A DNA stretch of 64,000 nucleotides from Epiperipatus broadwayi (taxonomy: Eukaryota; Animalia; Onychophora), in NCBI GenBank assembly GCA_028023455.1, contig JAQFVV010000006.1:19716001-19780000 (forward strand), written 5' to 3'. Positions within the stretch are counted from its first letter, which is position 1. Each line of letters starts with the position of its first letter. The notes under the pieces were generated by a model. It worked only from the letters and a program-made list of their open reading frames with translations, searched no databases and was not told where the DNA came from. The translations under genes and the position numbers were made by a program. Below are positions 38,001-53,100 of the stretch, one piece after another.

Positions 38001-38093
38001 ATTTATTAATTTGCTGAGCTAGGTTTCTGATAGTGTATCTTTGTCTAGTCATGCTTAGACAAAGATATGCTGGAAAGCCTGGTTGTAATAGCT

Positions 38094-38587
38094 CAGGGGT
38101 GGGCAATTGTTTTGGCTCGTGGGCTGCAGAGGTTGGCAAAGGGCCGCATTGGGGGCCACTTTGTGAAAGCGAAGGTTAACAGAGGGCCGTACCTTTTTTC
38201 ATGACACAATAAACACACTGCTTTACTCCCTGTATTACCAAAGAAATATTTGTTTGTTCATTCTACATTAAACACATGACATTCATCACCAATTTTATAT
38301 TTTTTCAGAGGATTCATGGTTTCACTAAAGTTGGAAATGTATATATTTGCTAATGCAAAGACAAAATTGAAATTAACCAGATCAACTGGAAAAGCTCTGC
38401 ACATTGTATCTACACTGCGCATGTGTATTGATGTGGCCATCCTAGTGGAAAATACGAGACAAATCTTCGGTAGCGCACTGGAAGGAAATCTCTGTTCAAG
38501 GCAGATTTTTCTGATTGTCTTGGCGGGCTGCATTAAAACTCTTAGTGGGCCGCATGTGGCCCTTGGGTCACTATTTGCCCACCCCTG
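38094..38587. mobile_element. hAT-family MITE (494 bp)
   Basis: 13-bp perfect TIR CAGGGGTGGGCAA / TTGCCCACCCCTG; 8-bp TSD TAATAGCT / TAATAGTT; GGGCCGCA subterminal motifs. Confidence 0.93.
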
Positions 38588-40426
38588 TAATAGTTGATAA
38601 TTTTCTACAATATTCTGGTAGAATATATTTTAATACATGTAATTATGTGATAAATTTTAAAATTATAATATTATTGACATTGTTTCACAATCAGTTTTTT
38701 AAAACTAAATATTTTATCAATAAATTGGATTCTACTAGGAAAACTCATTTACATAAATTCAAATAATCTCAACTTTTTTTTTGATAAAGTTAAGAATATT
38801 TTCCAGGAGATTAACATAGATTTAGTATTTTTTTAAACTCAAATGTGTTTATTTTTAGGACCAAGTTGCTTAAGAAATTAAACAATTAGTGGAGGAAAAA
38901 TCAATTGATTTTAAAAAAAAAACGATTTATATTTCAGGAAAATTTATTAAATTAGAATACTAGTGATTTGTTATACTTTTTGCTTGCTTTCTATTTGCTT
39001 TCAATAAAAAAGGGAAAGAAAAAATTAAAGCTTTTTTCCATGCTAACATTTTAAGTTGCAAATGGAATAAGAACAAGATAAAATCAAACAACTGACATTT
39101 TTTTTTCCTTAAGTCATTTTTTATATATAAAAAGCCCCCCCCCCTCCCCAAACGAAAAAAAAAACAGAGCTTAGAATAAAATCTAAAATAAATACAATCA
39201 CATCCTGAGGTAAAAAAAGGTAGTTGCACAATACTGCCAGTGAAATATTACTTTCTCTTTTTTAAGAAACTCAAACTTTCTTTTTAGATTTTAAGCAATT
39301 TCCCAAATCAAACAATTACACACAGCAAATTTAATATATACAAATTCACTTAATATTTAAATAAATGAAGTGATATATTTCAATGTTTTAGGTATCTTAC
39401 TACATAATAACTGACAGCTGCTATTAGAAATATTTAGAACCAATCATATTTGAGACTTGGTTGCGTTCTATATATAACTACAACTAAATAAACTGAATAT
39501 TAAAATGTTATTTGAGACATTTATTAAATGCAAATGATACTTGACCTCCTTCTATGAATGAGGCAAACCAATACAATAATTTATTTTCAAAATATTCTAT
39601 TAGATTTAAAAATATGAAAATATAAAACCAATTGACATATTCTTTAGTACATTGGATGTCATGATAATGAACCTATAATTATAATAAGGCACTACTGTAT
39701 TGGCATAAAAATCACGTGAAGGGTAGTATACAGAAAATACTAGTTATCATTATGTTTAGACAAATGCAGAAAGTTTGACATTTGTAAATCATATAAATAT
39801 TTTATAGTAAACTTAAACATGGGTTCTGAGGGTGATGCATATCTTATTATATTATAAAAACTATCTTTAAAGTGCTTCATTGGACTTTTAAAAAACTGAA
39901 AATAAAATATGATGAATAATCACAAGTAAGGCAAAGGGTTGAATTCTTTCAAAGAAAAATTTGCTACTGAAATATTGTAATTTCAGATTTTTTTCTTCAC
40001 CATTAATAACTATGCTCTGAAAGTGCTTAGCCTTAAGAAATATTAATGCAATTTTTATGAATTTAATTTCACTATATACGTCAAGCATATTAAATCTTAC
40101 TGAAATATTAAAAAATACTATCTTAAAGTTCAAAAAAATAAACTAAAGGAATAGCATGTAATACTATTTTGGTTTCACAAAACTTATCATTAACTTTTAA
40201 TCCTTTATTATATATGTCTTCTGGAGTAAGAATGTCGATATTTGTGGTTGAGTAGCTGAAATTTATAATTATGGGTTACACAAAACATGTGCTCAATAAG
40301 CCAGCTTTGAGTTGCTAATCTAATAAATATATATTGAACACTAAGTGGTTATCCTATGTTAATCACATCATAGAGCTCTGGATAATTAAATATCAGCAAT
40401 CTGCTGTCAAGCAACACAATAATTAA

Positions 40427-40891
40427 GAAATGTTGCCTTGACAATATTTTAATAATTTATTTAAGAATGAGGCTTGAGTGATATAGTTTTTATATATAAA
40501 CATTGTAAAGGTATACTTGTTGAGATATTTATCAAATGTTATTGGTGAAAAAATCATTTTTTTCACACTTTATGAGATATAATTCAGATACCCAATATTT
40601 GGTAAACCAGATTTAAACATATGTATAAAAAGGATTATATGATTAATCTCTGTAAAAGAACATCACCATTATTTCTTGATTGAGCTGTCTCCATTACTCC
40701 TTACTACACTTACAACATCAATATCTCATCCTCTCTGGTAATCTAACACAGTATCTAGAGCATAACTCTTTGATTATGATGTAGAAGATAAACACATACA
40801 AATATTAGAATACATGAAAGCAGTCTATACTTAAATATTACTACTATCATTAACAATCATCTATCTCAATTTGTTGTCAAGGCAACCTCCT
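40427..40891. mobile_element. Possible degenerate MITE with GTTGCCTTGACAA-containing ends between TTAA tetramers (Kolobok-like?)
   Basis: TTAA-GAAATGTTGCCTTGACAA at left, TTGTCAAGGCAACCTCCT-TTAA at right; left end is degenerate. Confidence 0.3.
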
Positions 40892-43800
40892 TTAATCAAT
40901 AATGGTAAAAATCCATCTTTGTTTATAGTCTAAGATTTATATTGAAGCATTGCATATATGCTTGCTTCATCTTCTTTAATTCCACCATTTTTACCTTAGA
41001 TTTTAATCCTAGGGAAGAGGAAGTAAATTTAAAATTAAATAAATAATTATTTAGAATTAATGTAAGAAAACAGTAGGAAAAGGTTAGCTAAGTAAATAAG
41101 CATTGGTGCCTTAATTTAATATCAGTAGTAAAAATCAGCAAAATAGTTATGGTTAGACACCTTTATGGTGAGAACGCATCTGAGAGGTGTTAACGGTAAA
41201 AATAAAGACCAAATGGCAGGAAACAGTCACAGAAAATAATCAGAAGTCAAACAATTATGGAAAAAAATTACGGGAAAAGTAATTAATTAAATGGGAAAAT
41301 ATGAAAATCCATTAAATCAGATCATGATAGTTAAAAACTCCCTAAGGCACTTCAAAATTATATATAAACCCTTAAAAATGTATTGTGTGGTGGCTTGTTG
41401 TTGATTTTGTTCTTTGGTTTAATAAAAAAAGATTTTATTAACAGAAGTGTGTATTGAAGTTTCTTACTAGAATGGGCGAGTAGTTTGAAGTCGGCTTCTC
41501 CCATGTCATCATAGGGAAAGAGCAGCATCCCAATGTGAGCTCTACAGTGATTGCACAGATGTCTAGTGTTCCAGTTCTCCAAATGCTGATCCAGAAACAT
41601 TTAGTTACCTGCTGTACCAATAACTCATTGCCATGATGGGAGAAAATGATCCACAAGACCGTCAATATACAATATTCATAAAAAAAACAGACTTTCTCTT
41701 AATTCAAGCGTTTGATCAACTTCATGAAGCTTCCGGTAAAATCTTAGAAATTATTAATATTCCAAACATAAAAGCATAATTATTCATTTATTATTAACTT
41801 TAACTTAAATGTATGTGTATGCACTAGCCTTTAATTTTAATATTTTAAAAGATTTCATTTTTATTAATAATGGAAAACTTACTGGTATAAAGTGTTAATT
41901 TTCATTTCTTTTATTTAATCTTATTTATTTGTAAAAATTGAACGATGGAGGGATTCATTTTATAAAATGTAAACACCACTTTGCATCTCTTTTCATGATG
42001 TCCTAAGGATCATCAGGGAGCAAAAATAAGTTTAGAATGGAAAAATATACAAATAAAGTTAAAAGTTTTATAATATGTTTATTTTATTATTATGCAGTCA
42101 TCGTCATTGTCCCCCCCCCCCCCATCATCTTAAGCAATGTTTTTCTTGATGATTGTCAAGAAAAACCAATGAAAGATAACAAGTGATATTATTTTTAGTT
42201 TTTAAATATATATATATTGGCATAGGGGTGTCCTATATTAAAATTGTAGTAATTAACATTTTGAGTAGGTACAGCGGTAATACAGTACTGCGGTGACCCT
42301 TCATTGAAATTTTGTGTTCTTTTTAAAATTACATGAAAACTACAAGCATGACATCAACAAAAATCCCAGCATTTGTTGCATTTTTCAATTTTCTTTTTAA
42401 TCGTGTCCATTTTGTTAAAATCTGAAAAAAAAAATGGATTTTTTTATGAATATTTTTATGGATACGTTCATTTAATTTTTTTTTTGTTTTTTCCTCAGTT
42501 TACTAGTCTTCATGTAGAAAATAAAGGCAGAAATTTTTAAACGGCCAAAGAGACTACTAAAGCTGATTAAAAATGCACCGATAATTAACATTTGGACTTC
42601 AAAATGTAATCAGAATATCAGGTTGTAAGTTTAAGTTTTATTTTTTAATTATTTGAATAGTAAATTTTTAAAAATTATTTGATAAATGATATGTTTATGT
42701 TTGTATTGATGTCTGAGTAGTATATAATTTATATATCATTTATGCTCTTTATTATATGTAAATAAATTTAAACATTTGTACTCAAATACAACAAATGTAG
42801 TTTATATAATTTTGGAAATCTGATCTAAAATTAGGCAATCTTATTTTCTAGATATGATTCTCAAAAGGTTTAATAATTTATACTAAGTTTATTTTACTAT
42901 ATTTATTACTATGTTTATATATTACTGTCTTTAGGTTTGCAATTGCAGGTTTGTGTTTATATAACAAGTAATGTCTACATATATAAAATTAAGGTATTAT
43001 AGAGCAGTACAACGTAAATTTTAGGACTGATTATCAAATATACAGAAATTTTGCAGTTGACAAAGCAATCACAAAATTTATTGGGCATAGTACTGTGTGA
43101 AAATATAAACACTTGTACTGTATTTTATTCTGGTACAAGTTGCATTGGCAATTTAGAAGTTAAATTACTAAATTTCTAAAAAGATAATATTTTTACTTAA
43201 ATATCTGATTGATTTAGTTTAGACAACATTGGTTATATAGATTTTCTGTGTGTGTGTGTGTGTTAAAAGAAATCGAATAGAGAAAGGATGTAAAGAGTAT
43301 AATAAAAACAAAAAAAGAAACTACTTTGTATTTTTGTAAAGATAAAACAAACCTTTATTGTGGAGCCATTTGCAATATATAAAATAAAATTGCAGCATTC
43401 CTTTGGTAATTAAAGATGGCGAACCAAAAAAAAAAAGTAAGATTTTGTGGGCTAAATTACATTAAATTTGGTCTAAATTAACAGGTGTCAACAGGAGTTG
43501 TGCAGAGAGACTAAAAAAAATCAGGACTATAAAAAAAAAATACATTGTGCATCAGGGTTCTTAAATTTTTGTTCCTGAAATAAAGTGGTTCAAAATAAAT
43601 ATTCAATGTTGATGAAATTATGCAAAATGTGTCAAACTACTCTCATCAACATGTTAAATCATACTAAGATGTACCCCAGGTACCCTTGCAGAAGTGGCAA
43701 CGAAATTCCCAGATCCTGTAGTTAACTAAAATCATGCTCCTCCCACAAACACATAGCTTCACATCTGGCAGGATGCGTTCTCTTTCTGGAAAAACACAAC

Positions 43801-45379
43801 AGCTTCAACTTCTATGACCAGCAATTCACTCCTCTTCAACCAATTTTGAACACTTGCCGCGCCAACATTTTACTGTTTTTGCACGAATTCACACATAAAT
43901 GTGGATTTGCACAGCAGAACTCTGTTGAAAACCCTAACCTTTTCAGGTTGTGTGCAGTTCAAAATCGTAGGGAAGTGTGCATGACGGCCTGACAATTCTT
44001 AATACTAAACCCACTATGTTTTCTCAAAATTTTTCCACAATGAACTTTTTGAGTTTCACATCCTTCAAATATGGCTGCCATCAAATCAGACTGTGGTGAG
44101 AGCTGAATTGCGCTCACTTGAGAAATACTGTCGCAAGTCAATGGGCATAGTATTTCATTACATAATCGTAGGATACAATGCCCTCTAGGCGACCTATTAC
44201 GGCTCTAAACAACACTGTTGTAGTGGTAGCCATAAGTTAGGCCGCTAAAATAGTATATTGATATGCGTTGTGTGAAAAACAATGCTATCAAGCGGTAGGG
44301 TTCAGTATTCATACTATTACCTAAAAAAATTATCATATAATACTTTATTTTTTGAAAAAAACTTCCATCTTTCTACATACACTTCAAACATATGTCTGAA
44401 AAAAGGTAAAGGATCTCAAAACGCATTTCTGGCTGAACCAGCATTCTTTGGTTAGGCCAGGTTACAATTTCTTATATCTTGACGATCTTTGGTTCAATAT
44501 TTATCAATAATAAATTCCTATGAAACAATTTACTACTGCCAAATTTCTTGAATTCACTCATTTAAACAACACTGCATTTAAATACATTAACAATTATCAC
44601 AACACAGTTTCTCTTATGTGCTCACTATAAACCAAAATACTTTAATAATATTGTTCAACATTCACAATTTCATTTTTATAAATAATCAACGCAAGACAAT
44701 GAAAAAATGTAAATCATCTCCAAAATATGTATAGACTAAATCAATCCCCTAAGTGGTGTCGGCTCTTTAAACTCACCCAATATTACACTGCTACTGCTAG
44801 ATTTTTATCTACATAAATTATAACTAATTCAAATTTTTGATTTGACTTTTCAAAGTCATCTGATCTCTGGATATATCTCAATGAAAAATGATTGGTTCTC
44901 TCTCCAAGATTTCTGCAGCACCATCTCTGAATCAATGCATGAATTACATAATTTAGCTATTTAAAACAAAAATTGTAAGATACTAACATGTCTATATCAT
45001 GAGTTACAACATGATATGTAACAGAATTTAATGTTTTTGTAGAAAACTCCTGATGGAACAATGGACTACATTAAATTTAAATTTTGTTTTAAATTTTAGG
45101 CAAAATTTCTGAAACATTGGAAATGATTCCAATTGTGTACAGCAATGAAGCCATGTGCAGCAAAAGCATTTTTAAGTCATTTGCAAGATTTAATAGCAAA
45201 GAAAGCATTGCATAGCCAGGTGCATTAAAAATAACTGGAAACAAAACGTAAAAAGTTGCCAAATTCTTTGAACTGATCACTATGTTTCTATCAGATCATT
45301 GACGAACTGATTAGGACTTCCAAGATTACTATTCATCACATTTTGATGAAAAATTTGATAAAGAAAAAAGTATGTGTAA

Positions 45380-46022
45380 GCCTTGTCTCTTACTTCTTCA
45401 TAATTGATCAAAAAGACACCAGAATGAAGTACTACTAAAATATACAAAGAACTGCAACTATTAATCTGGAATTATTGTCAAACATCATAACAAGTGATAA
45501 GCTGTGATGTTTCCAACATGAGGCATCAACCAAGCATCGCAGTGTGAAATGGAAAATCACTAAAAGAAGAAAAAATAAAATTGAGAATGTAAAAAAGCTG
45601 AATCATAATATTACTCATTTGCTGTTTTTTAAATTCTAAATATATTGTTTATTATAAATTCATTCCTGAATATCAGTTGACAAATGCTAACATTTATTTG
45701 GGGTTTTAGATTATTTTTGTAGGTCAAAATTTTATACAAATAACCAAAATCACAAAATAATAGTGTCAAGATTATTTGTAATTTTTTGGCCAAAAGTAGC
45801 ATTATTGTGCTTGAACATCAGCCCTATTCTCATAATTTAGCTACTGTTAACTTTTGGCTATTTCCAAAATTAAAGTTGCCTGTGAAAGGAGCATATTATG
45901 GTTCAATTCAAGACATCCAGAAACTTGCAAAAAGTTTTTGCAGACAATTCCAATGGAGGATTTCAATAACTTCTTAAAACAGTTTAAAAATTGTGCACAA
46001 GGAGACAGACTATTTTGAATAA
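45380..46022 (+). pseudogene. Mariner transposase remnant
   Basis: IDQKDTRM, LSNIITSD, EHQPYSHNLATVNFWLFPKLK (cf. PHPPYSPDLAPCDFWLFPKLK) and terminal YFE-stop. Confidence 0.85.
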
Positions 46023-47522
46023 TCAATGATTAATACTATGATGTTTTATTTACCTTTAAACTGGATCACATTATATATTGCAAAAATTATTATTTCATTA
46101 CTCTCAAAGAACAGATAATTACTTTTTGGATTTTCTCAAGAATTAAATTTTAATGATGAAAAACATAACTTTATAAACTATTAGAATGCATTAAACTTAA
46201 ACAAACCCACTTTCTTTCATATGCTCTCTATAAACATACTTTTTTCATAACATTTTTAATGCTCATTGTTTTACTATATAAATAATCTCTGCAAGATATC
46301 AGAAAAATTTAATTTCCACATTAAATAAAACTAATATCATTATGTGATCGTGGCTCATTACACTCACATAATGTTCCAATGCTATTGCTCATTAATGTAT
46401 TTATCTAACAATATTGTTATCAAATGAGTGAGCATAAGAAGTTTAGCACTTGTAAATAAGTTGTAATAATTTAAAACTTGTTTAATATAGATTAAGTCTA
46501 CATTTGAACATATTTTATCACCATCCAAACTCATAACAGCTTTGAATAACTAAACAATTAAATAAAGTGCTACACTTTATCCTATAGCTGAGAAATTGTA
46601 AAAAAATTCTTCCTGGAGGTTAAATATGACATAACTCTTTAATCTTCCTCTAACTACCAACAAATGATTCTTTTATTATGACATGCACAAAAATAAATCT
46701 AAACAAATTATTTTACAGATAGGCAGCTAAAAAAAAAAAAAAAAAAATTCTATGGATAAATTGAAATACAAATTGATTCATCAATCTCCCTTGATTTAAT
46801 TATAAATGAGTATACAAACTATTTATTTATATGAACAAATATTTATAAGCGACCAAGAACAAAAATATATATGTAAGCTTAATTAATCAGTATTCACTAG
46901 ATAATAGCAACAGAAAGGAGTTTGCTGTTAAGTGAAAGGAGACACCGCCTCCTACTTGAGGCTTAAAAGGACATAGCAGGGTAAATTCCTAATGTCCATG
47001 CCATATTTTCTTATTATTGCAACTATTATTACTATTTGATTATTCATATAATGGATGGGCTGCACACCAAATCAAAAACCAATATGGTCTTTCTTATCAA
47101 TTGGCCTATAGCTCTTAACTGAAATATCAATTGAATTTTTATAAAGGCAAAACAAATGATTGTGTGAATGATATATTTTTTAAAAACAACAGAATATTCA
47201 CAATCATGACATGACTATAACTTAAGAAATAGACAATATCAAGAGAGCTGACTTTCTTCCAAGAATCATCAACTTCTCTGTGACTATGAATTACCAATTT
47301 ATGTACTCTTGCTGCTAATAGTAATTAAATGTTTCAATATTTTACTTTTTTTTTTTTTCAGTTTTTCATTATGAATTGAAATACTTTAAAACGGTTAATG
47401 TATAATTAATATGAATTAAATAATTTAAATGAACTCATTGCTTTCAGATGATATAATAATATTTCATATCTCTTATGAATTTTTTTAAACAAATTCTTTC
47501 AAATAACTAAAACCAGTTCAAT

Positions 47523-47546
47523 TGTGTGTGTGTGTGTGTGTGTGTG
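47523..47546. repeat. (TG)12 microsatellite
   Basis: Direct reading. Confidence 0.95.
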
Positions 47547-49279
47547 TATTTTAATTAGAAAAAGGCAGGCAAAGCTAACAAAACACTTTGTTTTTTATTC
47601 TTTAACCAAGGTATGGTGTAATCATTAGTATTGCAACACCAAATACAGATTTTAGTTTGATTAATTAAATTTGTCATTTCTGGTTTTGATTTTTCTTTAT
47701 CAATAAAACTAAGAGATTCTATCAATCTTGTCAATAAAATAATAAATATGAAATTGGTCATTTCAAGATTACAATGATTCTAATAATGTATGTACACAAC
47801 ATGAAGTAAAGAGCAATGTTATTCACAATAGCAAATTAATATATTATGTAATTCATTCAAGGCATAAGTAGACAATTATCAATAAACTATTGTGAGGCCA
47901 TATCACTAAAACTTCATATTAACTGTGTGTTTAATTCAAATCTTGCTTCTAATAAAAATATTGCATAGATTATTATAAATGTCTTTGAATACTGTCACAT
48001 CACCATGACAAATAATGGCAATTGCATATTACACAATATTCACTAGCCCTTATACATGTGGCTACAAAAGACAATTTACCAATGCTGAAAATGTTAGCAG
48101 GAAGATTTCATTCTAGAAATAACAAGTATGCTTTATTAAATGGATTAACTAGGATACACAAATAACTGACTTTGTAAATTTTTATAAAGACAAGTTAATA
48201 TAACTTATAAAATATAAAATGAAAATCATATAAAAACAAAGATGCAATTCTTTTAAAAGGATTAGGGGAAGCATCATTGGTACTATAATCCTATTTACAT
48301 TACAGTAATCATAATATCATTTCATCATACTGAGGTTATCATCAAATGCAAAATAAAATAACATTCTATAAGGTCTATTACAAGTGCAATAGATGGAAAT
48401 ATTAAAAAAAAAACTTATTTTTTTAAATAACATCATAGCTTTACATTTTTGTTGATATATATTAGAAAATGTTCTGAAAACAATTAACATAGGATACTAA
48501 TTTATTGAATAACTTACAAAAGTGTGCCTACAATTATTACTATTATGGGGTGTCAAATAAGCATCAACTCCTGGAGATCCGATAAAAAGTTTTCTTCAGA
48601 ATGACTTGTCAATTGATTTTCAAGACATTCGAAATATATTTATTATTATGATGATGGACTTCACCCATCTCATACCCCTAATCTTTCCAAACTTTTTAAT
48701 AAATCAGACTGTTTCATGATATGATGAATTTGATCATCTGCATATCAAGTGAGAGTTCAAGTCTGATCTTATTTTCCTTGCTGGTGATAAAATTTCCAAA
48801 AATCTTTACCAGCACTACAATCAAATATAACAATACTTTTTCCTAGTCTTTTCCATTGTCCAACTTACATACCCATAAAGTATCTCAGGAAACATCACAG
48901 TTTGAACAATGCTGATATTCATTTTTTATGATATGTCACAAAATATAAAAATATTTTCCTAAAGTTTTTCATTGCAGTATAATAAAATTATATATATATG
49001 ATTTGAAAATATATACATAATTTGGGCTATAGCATGAGACATCTTAACAACTATATTCTCTCTTTTTTTTTTCTATTTTAAAATGACAGAAATGCTTGAA
49101 TGTGATCAGCCATAATTAAGTGCAACAATTTTTCTGTCAGAATCATGTTCTTTTATTATTTCATTTTTGAATTTTTGTAGAATTGTAAACTTACTTTAAA
49201 AATCAGTTTAAAAAGATAATTAATGAATTATATATAATAATACAAATCCCCTTACTGTATTTTGAATATATATATATAT

Positions 49280-49879
49280 TGTAACCAGACCACCATACTC
49301 CCTTTATTACCTCGGTTGTAACAATTTCCTGATGAGCATGTTGCAAGAAGGGACTATCGATTGGCATTACCCAATGCAGATGTTAACCCCCCTACAACAA
49401 TATTTCCTGCTCATCAGAGGATGTAGCATCATAGAGACTGGAAGCATCTAGACATTTCTGTGTTTGGTTTTCCAAATGGCGCCACTAGAGTTCTATCTCA
49501 CTACAACCTGACTTACCCTAGGTATAGTTATGCCAGATGTAGCTCAGGAGGCATGAGATTCTCATAAACAAGTGCACTGAATGATGAGTGATGCAAGAAT
49601 AAAAAAAATAGAATTGAATAACTGGATAACTAGACCTAGGTAAGTCAGGTTGTAGTGAGATGGAACTCTAGTGGCGCCGTTTGGAAAACCAAACACAGAA
49701 ATGTCTAGATGCTTCCAGTCTCTATGGTGCTACATCCTCTGATGAGCAGGCAAATATTGTTATAGGGTGGGTTAACATCTGCAATTGGGGAATGCCAATC
49801 GATAGTCCCTTCCTGCAACATGCTCATCAGGAAATTGTTACAACTGAGGTAATAAAGGGAGTATGGTGGTCTGGTTACA
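49280..49879. mobile_element. Non-autonomous DNA element with about 257-bp TIRs, TGT...ACA termini and ATAT flanks (Ginger-like, tentative)
   Basis: TGTAACCAGACCACCATACTCCC... / ...GGGAGTATGGTGGTCTGGTTACA; arms 49280-49536 and 49622-49879 nearly identical; ATAT on both sides within a (TA)n tract. Confidence 0.85.
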
Positions 49880-50015
49880 ATATATATTCATTGAGTTTTT
49901 TAATTTTTTTTTTAGGTCATGCAGCAAATATAGCAAAACATTTTACTTAAATAAAATCCTAATGAAACTTTCATAAACAAAATGATGGTCGAGAGGTCAG
50001 CGGTGATCGAGAGGT

Positions 50016-50059
50016 CAAGCAGTTGTCCCAAGTTAGCGGGTTCACTTCCCGGCTGATGC
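50016..50059 (+). pseudogene. tRNA-Gly(TCC)-derived 3'-half fragment
   Basis: CAAGCAGTTG..CCC..GGGTTCACTTCCCGGCTGATGC vs canonical CAAGCAGTTGACCCGGGTTCGATTCCCGGCCAACGC. Confidence 0.55.
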
Positions 50060-51987
50060 TATGACACATTAAAAAAAAATACTCCATCACATACATAACA
50101 TCTTATAATTTCATTCGGTTAAAGCAAAAATTCAAGTAACAAAAACATCAAATTATGAATGGAGGATGAGATATATACACAAGTATATAAACAATGCCTT
50201 TTTTAAAAGTTAATAAAAATAAAAGCTTAAGCATATTTCATAAATATATAGTCTCTTGGTAAAAATCCTGCCCATCTTCATAAAAAAAAAAATGAAATAC
50301 AATTTTCGATTAATATATGATTTGCATTAATAATAAATTGGTAAAAAAAGCAAATTAAAAATTTATTTTGAACTCTTGTGACAACAAATTTGATTTCCTT
50401 GCACTTAAAGAAAATAATTCAATTTTCTTTGTGAAAAGCATACATTTATTACAAAATTTATCAATATATATATTTTTACTTCTTTTTTTTTAAAGTTCAA
50501 TTTATAACTAATTTCAAGGCTCTCAAAAAAATATATTAACTTCAAAATGAAAAGTCCTGTAAACAAACTTCATAAATTTATAAGCAAGAATTCTAATTTA
50601 ATTTTCTCACAACTCCAATTCTCATATTGCTTTCATAAATTGCTTTTCAAAAGTTAACACTTTCAGTATAGTTTTACTACTGAAAAATAAAAAAAAGATA
50701 GATGTAATTTCAACTTATCCATTAACAATAACGAAAATGCTCTGGGCAATTTAAAGATTTTGGACCCAATGGAATTAAAAAAAAATCAAAGAGTCAATGA
50801 GTCAATTGACCATAAAATTGTTTATTTATATAGTAATTAAAATACTTTGCTGCCACAAAAATGGCAGTCATTATATTGTACAATCTGTTATAACAAAAAA
50901 AAGCACAAATGAAACCAATAAAACATGCAGACCTCCTGAAGAGCTGTACTGAAAGTCATCAATTCTTTCTATTCTACTCAGGAGGCAGTAATCAATTACA
51001 TGTTCTGGAATATACTCGCTTAAAGATTAAAAAAATTCAAAGAATTAAGCAATTTCTAAATAAAAATTACAGTGATGAAATTTATATCTATTAAAAACAC
51101 ACAGATAAACACTCATAAATATAATCAGTAAATCGTACAGAACTTCTTTAAGACTTGTATTAGAAGAACAATTATCTCATTTAGTTTACACCAGAATCAT
51201 TTACTGAAATATTGAGTCATCTGATCAAATGCTTTGGTGGGTTAACAATTTTAAAAAAAAGGTAGTTAAGAAAATTGAAATGATTAAATTTATCAATAAA
51301 AATAAAAACAGATTCAGATTCCAAGCTACAATGACTTTATTTAATATATAAAAGCTTGCATTTAACAACACATGATTATAGTTTCACACTGATGATTAAT
51401 TACATATATAAAGCAAATCATATAGTATACACTATATTACACATTATACTCCTATAACAAGATAAAGAATAGTATAAATACAGAGATCATTGTCTATTAA
51501 TATAAACATCTGACATTAAACATGTTAAATATATATAAATTAAACAAATTTGAAATAAAAACATTATTTTTGATAATAAATTTAAATAAAACCAATTTAT
51601 ATAAAGATAAATGAATATTAACAAAAATAAAAAAAGTGATTTTTTTTTTAAAAAAAAGACATTTTACAGAATTCAATTATCTTTCATAATACATCTATCT
51701 ATAGTTGCTCATTTCAATGCATTTCTAAACTGGTAATAAAAAAAGGAAAATTCCACAATTTGAAAACAAACTAAGTAACTATTGAAATCATAAATTAATA
51801 TTAATCCTGAGTTCTCATTATATATTGAATCCATATAGTAATGTCTTAATATTTATGCTTAATTGACTGCTAATCATAGTGCCCAATATAAACTTAAGAG
51901 GTCTCATTTGAGGTCACAGCACTTAACCCTCTTAACCAGCTATTTTAAACACATTGTAGACAGCCTGCCATTTTAACATCTATGAAT

Positions 51988-53100
51988 AATCCAGTTTATT
52001 ATTCAAGACTAACAAGAAAATATTTCCAATATATTTAAATATTCTTCTAACTCTTTCTCTCTAAGAAAACTAAGTTTTCCAGCAGATATAAACTTACATA
52101 CAATAAATTACATTGTATTCTAAAAATTATTATTAGTTACAGATGCCATAAAGTGCCCATTTCAGGATAAAAACTTTCCAATCACTTCTCCATAAAGATA
52201 TGCTACAAACTTTCATTTTCCATAATAATCCAGCAGACTTTCTTATTTCAACCTTCTATCTGGACATAAATCTCTTCTGAGGATATCTTCTTATCTCTTG
52301 AAATTTAGAATTAATTTAGTCTATCAATTGTCATATCTATTCACATCTTTAATTTTAATATCAGTAATATTATTTCTCTTCCTATCTTTTCTTGTTATTT
52401 CCAATAAACACTTCTTATACATCTCCATGTCATTTATAATTTTTGTTTTATTTTAAAATTTAAAATCTATGTTTCACAACCATAAATAAAAACATGAAAG
52501 ACCCTGATTATCTTTTCTTTAACAATATATTGTCTATCAATGGTTAATCCAGTTTATTATTCAAGATTATCAAGATAAACATTTCCAAAATATTTAAATA
52601 TTCTCCCTTTAGGAAGATTAACTCTTTCAGTTGTATACCATAAATTACAATGTATTCTAAAAATAATTATTAGTTACAGATGCTACTTATTATTTAAACA
52701 TAAATCATTTCAGGCATAAACTTTCCACTTTAGGATAAAAAAATCTCCAATTACTTCTCTATAAAGATATGACACAAATTTTTATCTTTCATAATAATTC
52801 AACAGGCTTTCTTATTTCAATTTTCTACCTTCACATAGATCTCCTCTGAAGATGATCGTGTCTTGAAATTCAAAATTAATTTAGACTATCCATTGTCTGT
52901 CACATCTTTTAATTTTTACAACTATGTCAGTAAGATTATTTATTTCTCTTTCTATCTTTTCTAGTTATTTCCAACAAACACTTTTTATACTTCTCTGTCA
53001 TTTATCATCTGTTTCATTTTAAAATTCAAAGTCTATGTTTCACAACTATACTGATTAAAAGTTTTTATTCTTGAATATAAGGATATGCTTTCTTTAATAA
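51988..53100 (-). repeat. Tandem duplication (period about 558 bp) of a degenerate RTE 3' region
   Basis: AATCCAGTTTATTATTCAAGA at 51988 and 52546 with collinear similarity downstream; minus strand reads like YGCETW...MEM...LEITRKDR. Confidence 0.75.

Noticed and set aside
43470-44390. CpG-richer segment, probably a transposon remnant
   Set aside because: No termini or protein motif I can identify, so not assigned
50935-50960. CTGAAGAGCTGTACTGAAAG hammerhead-like string
   Set aside because: Stem II does not form without using core bases; no cleavage triplet or stem I
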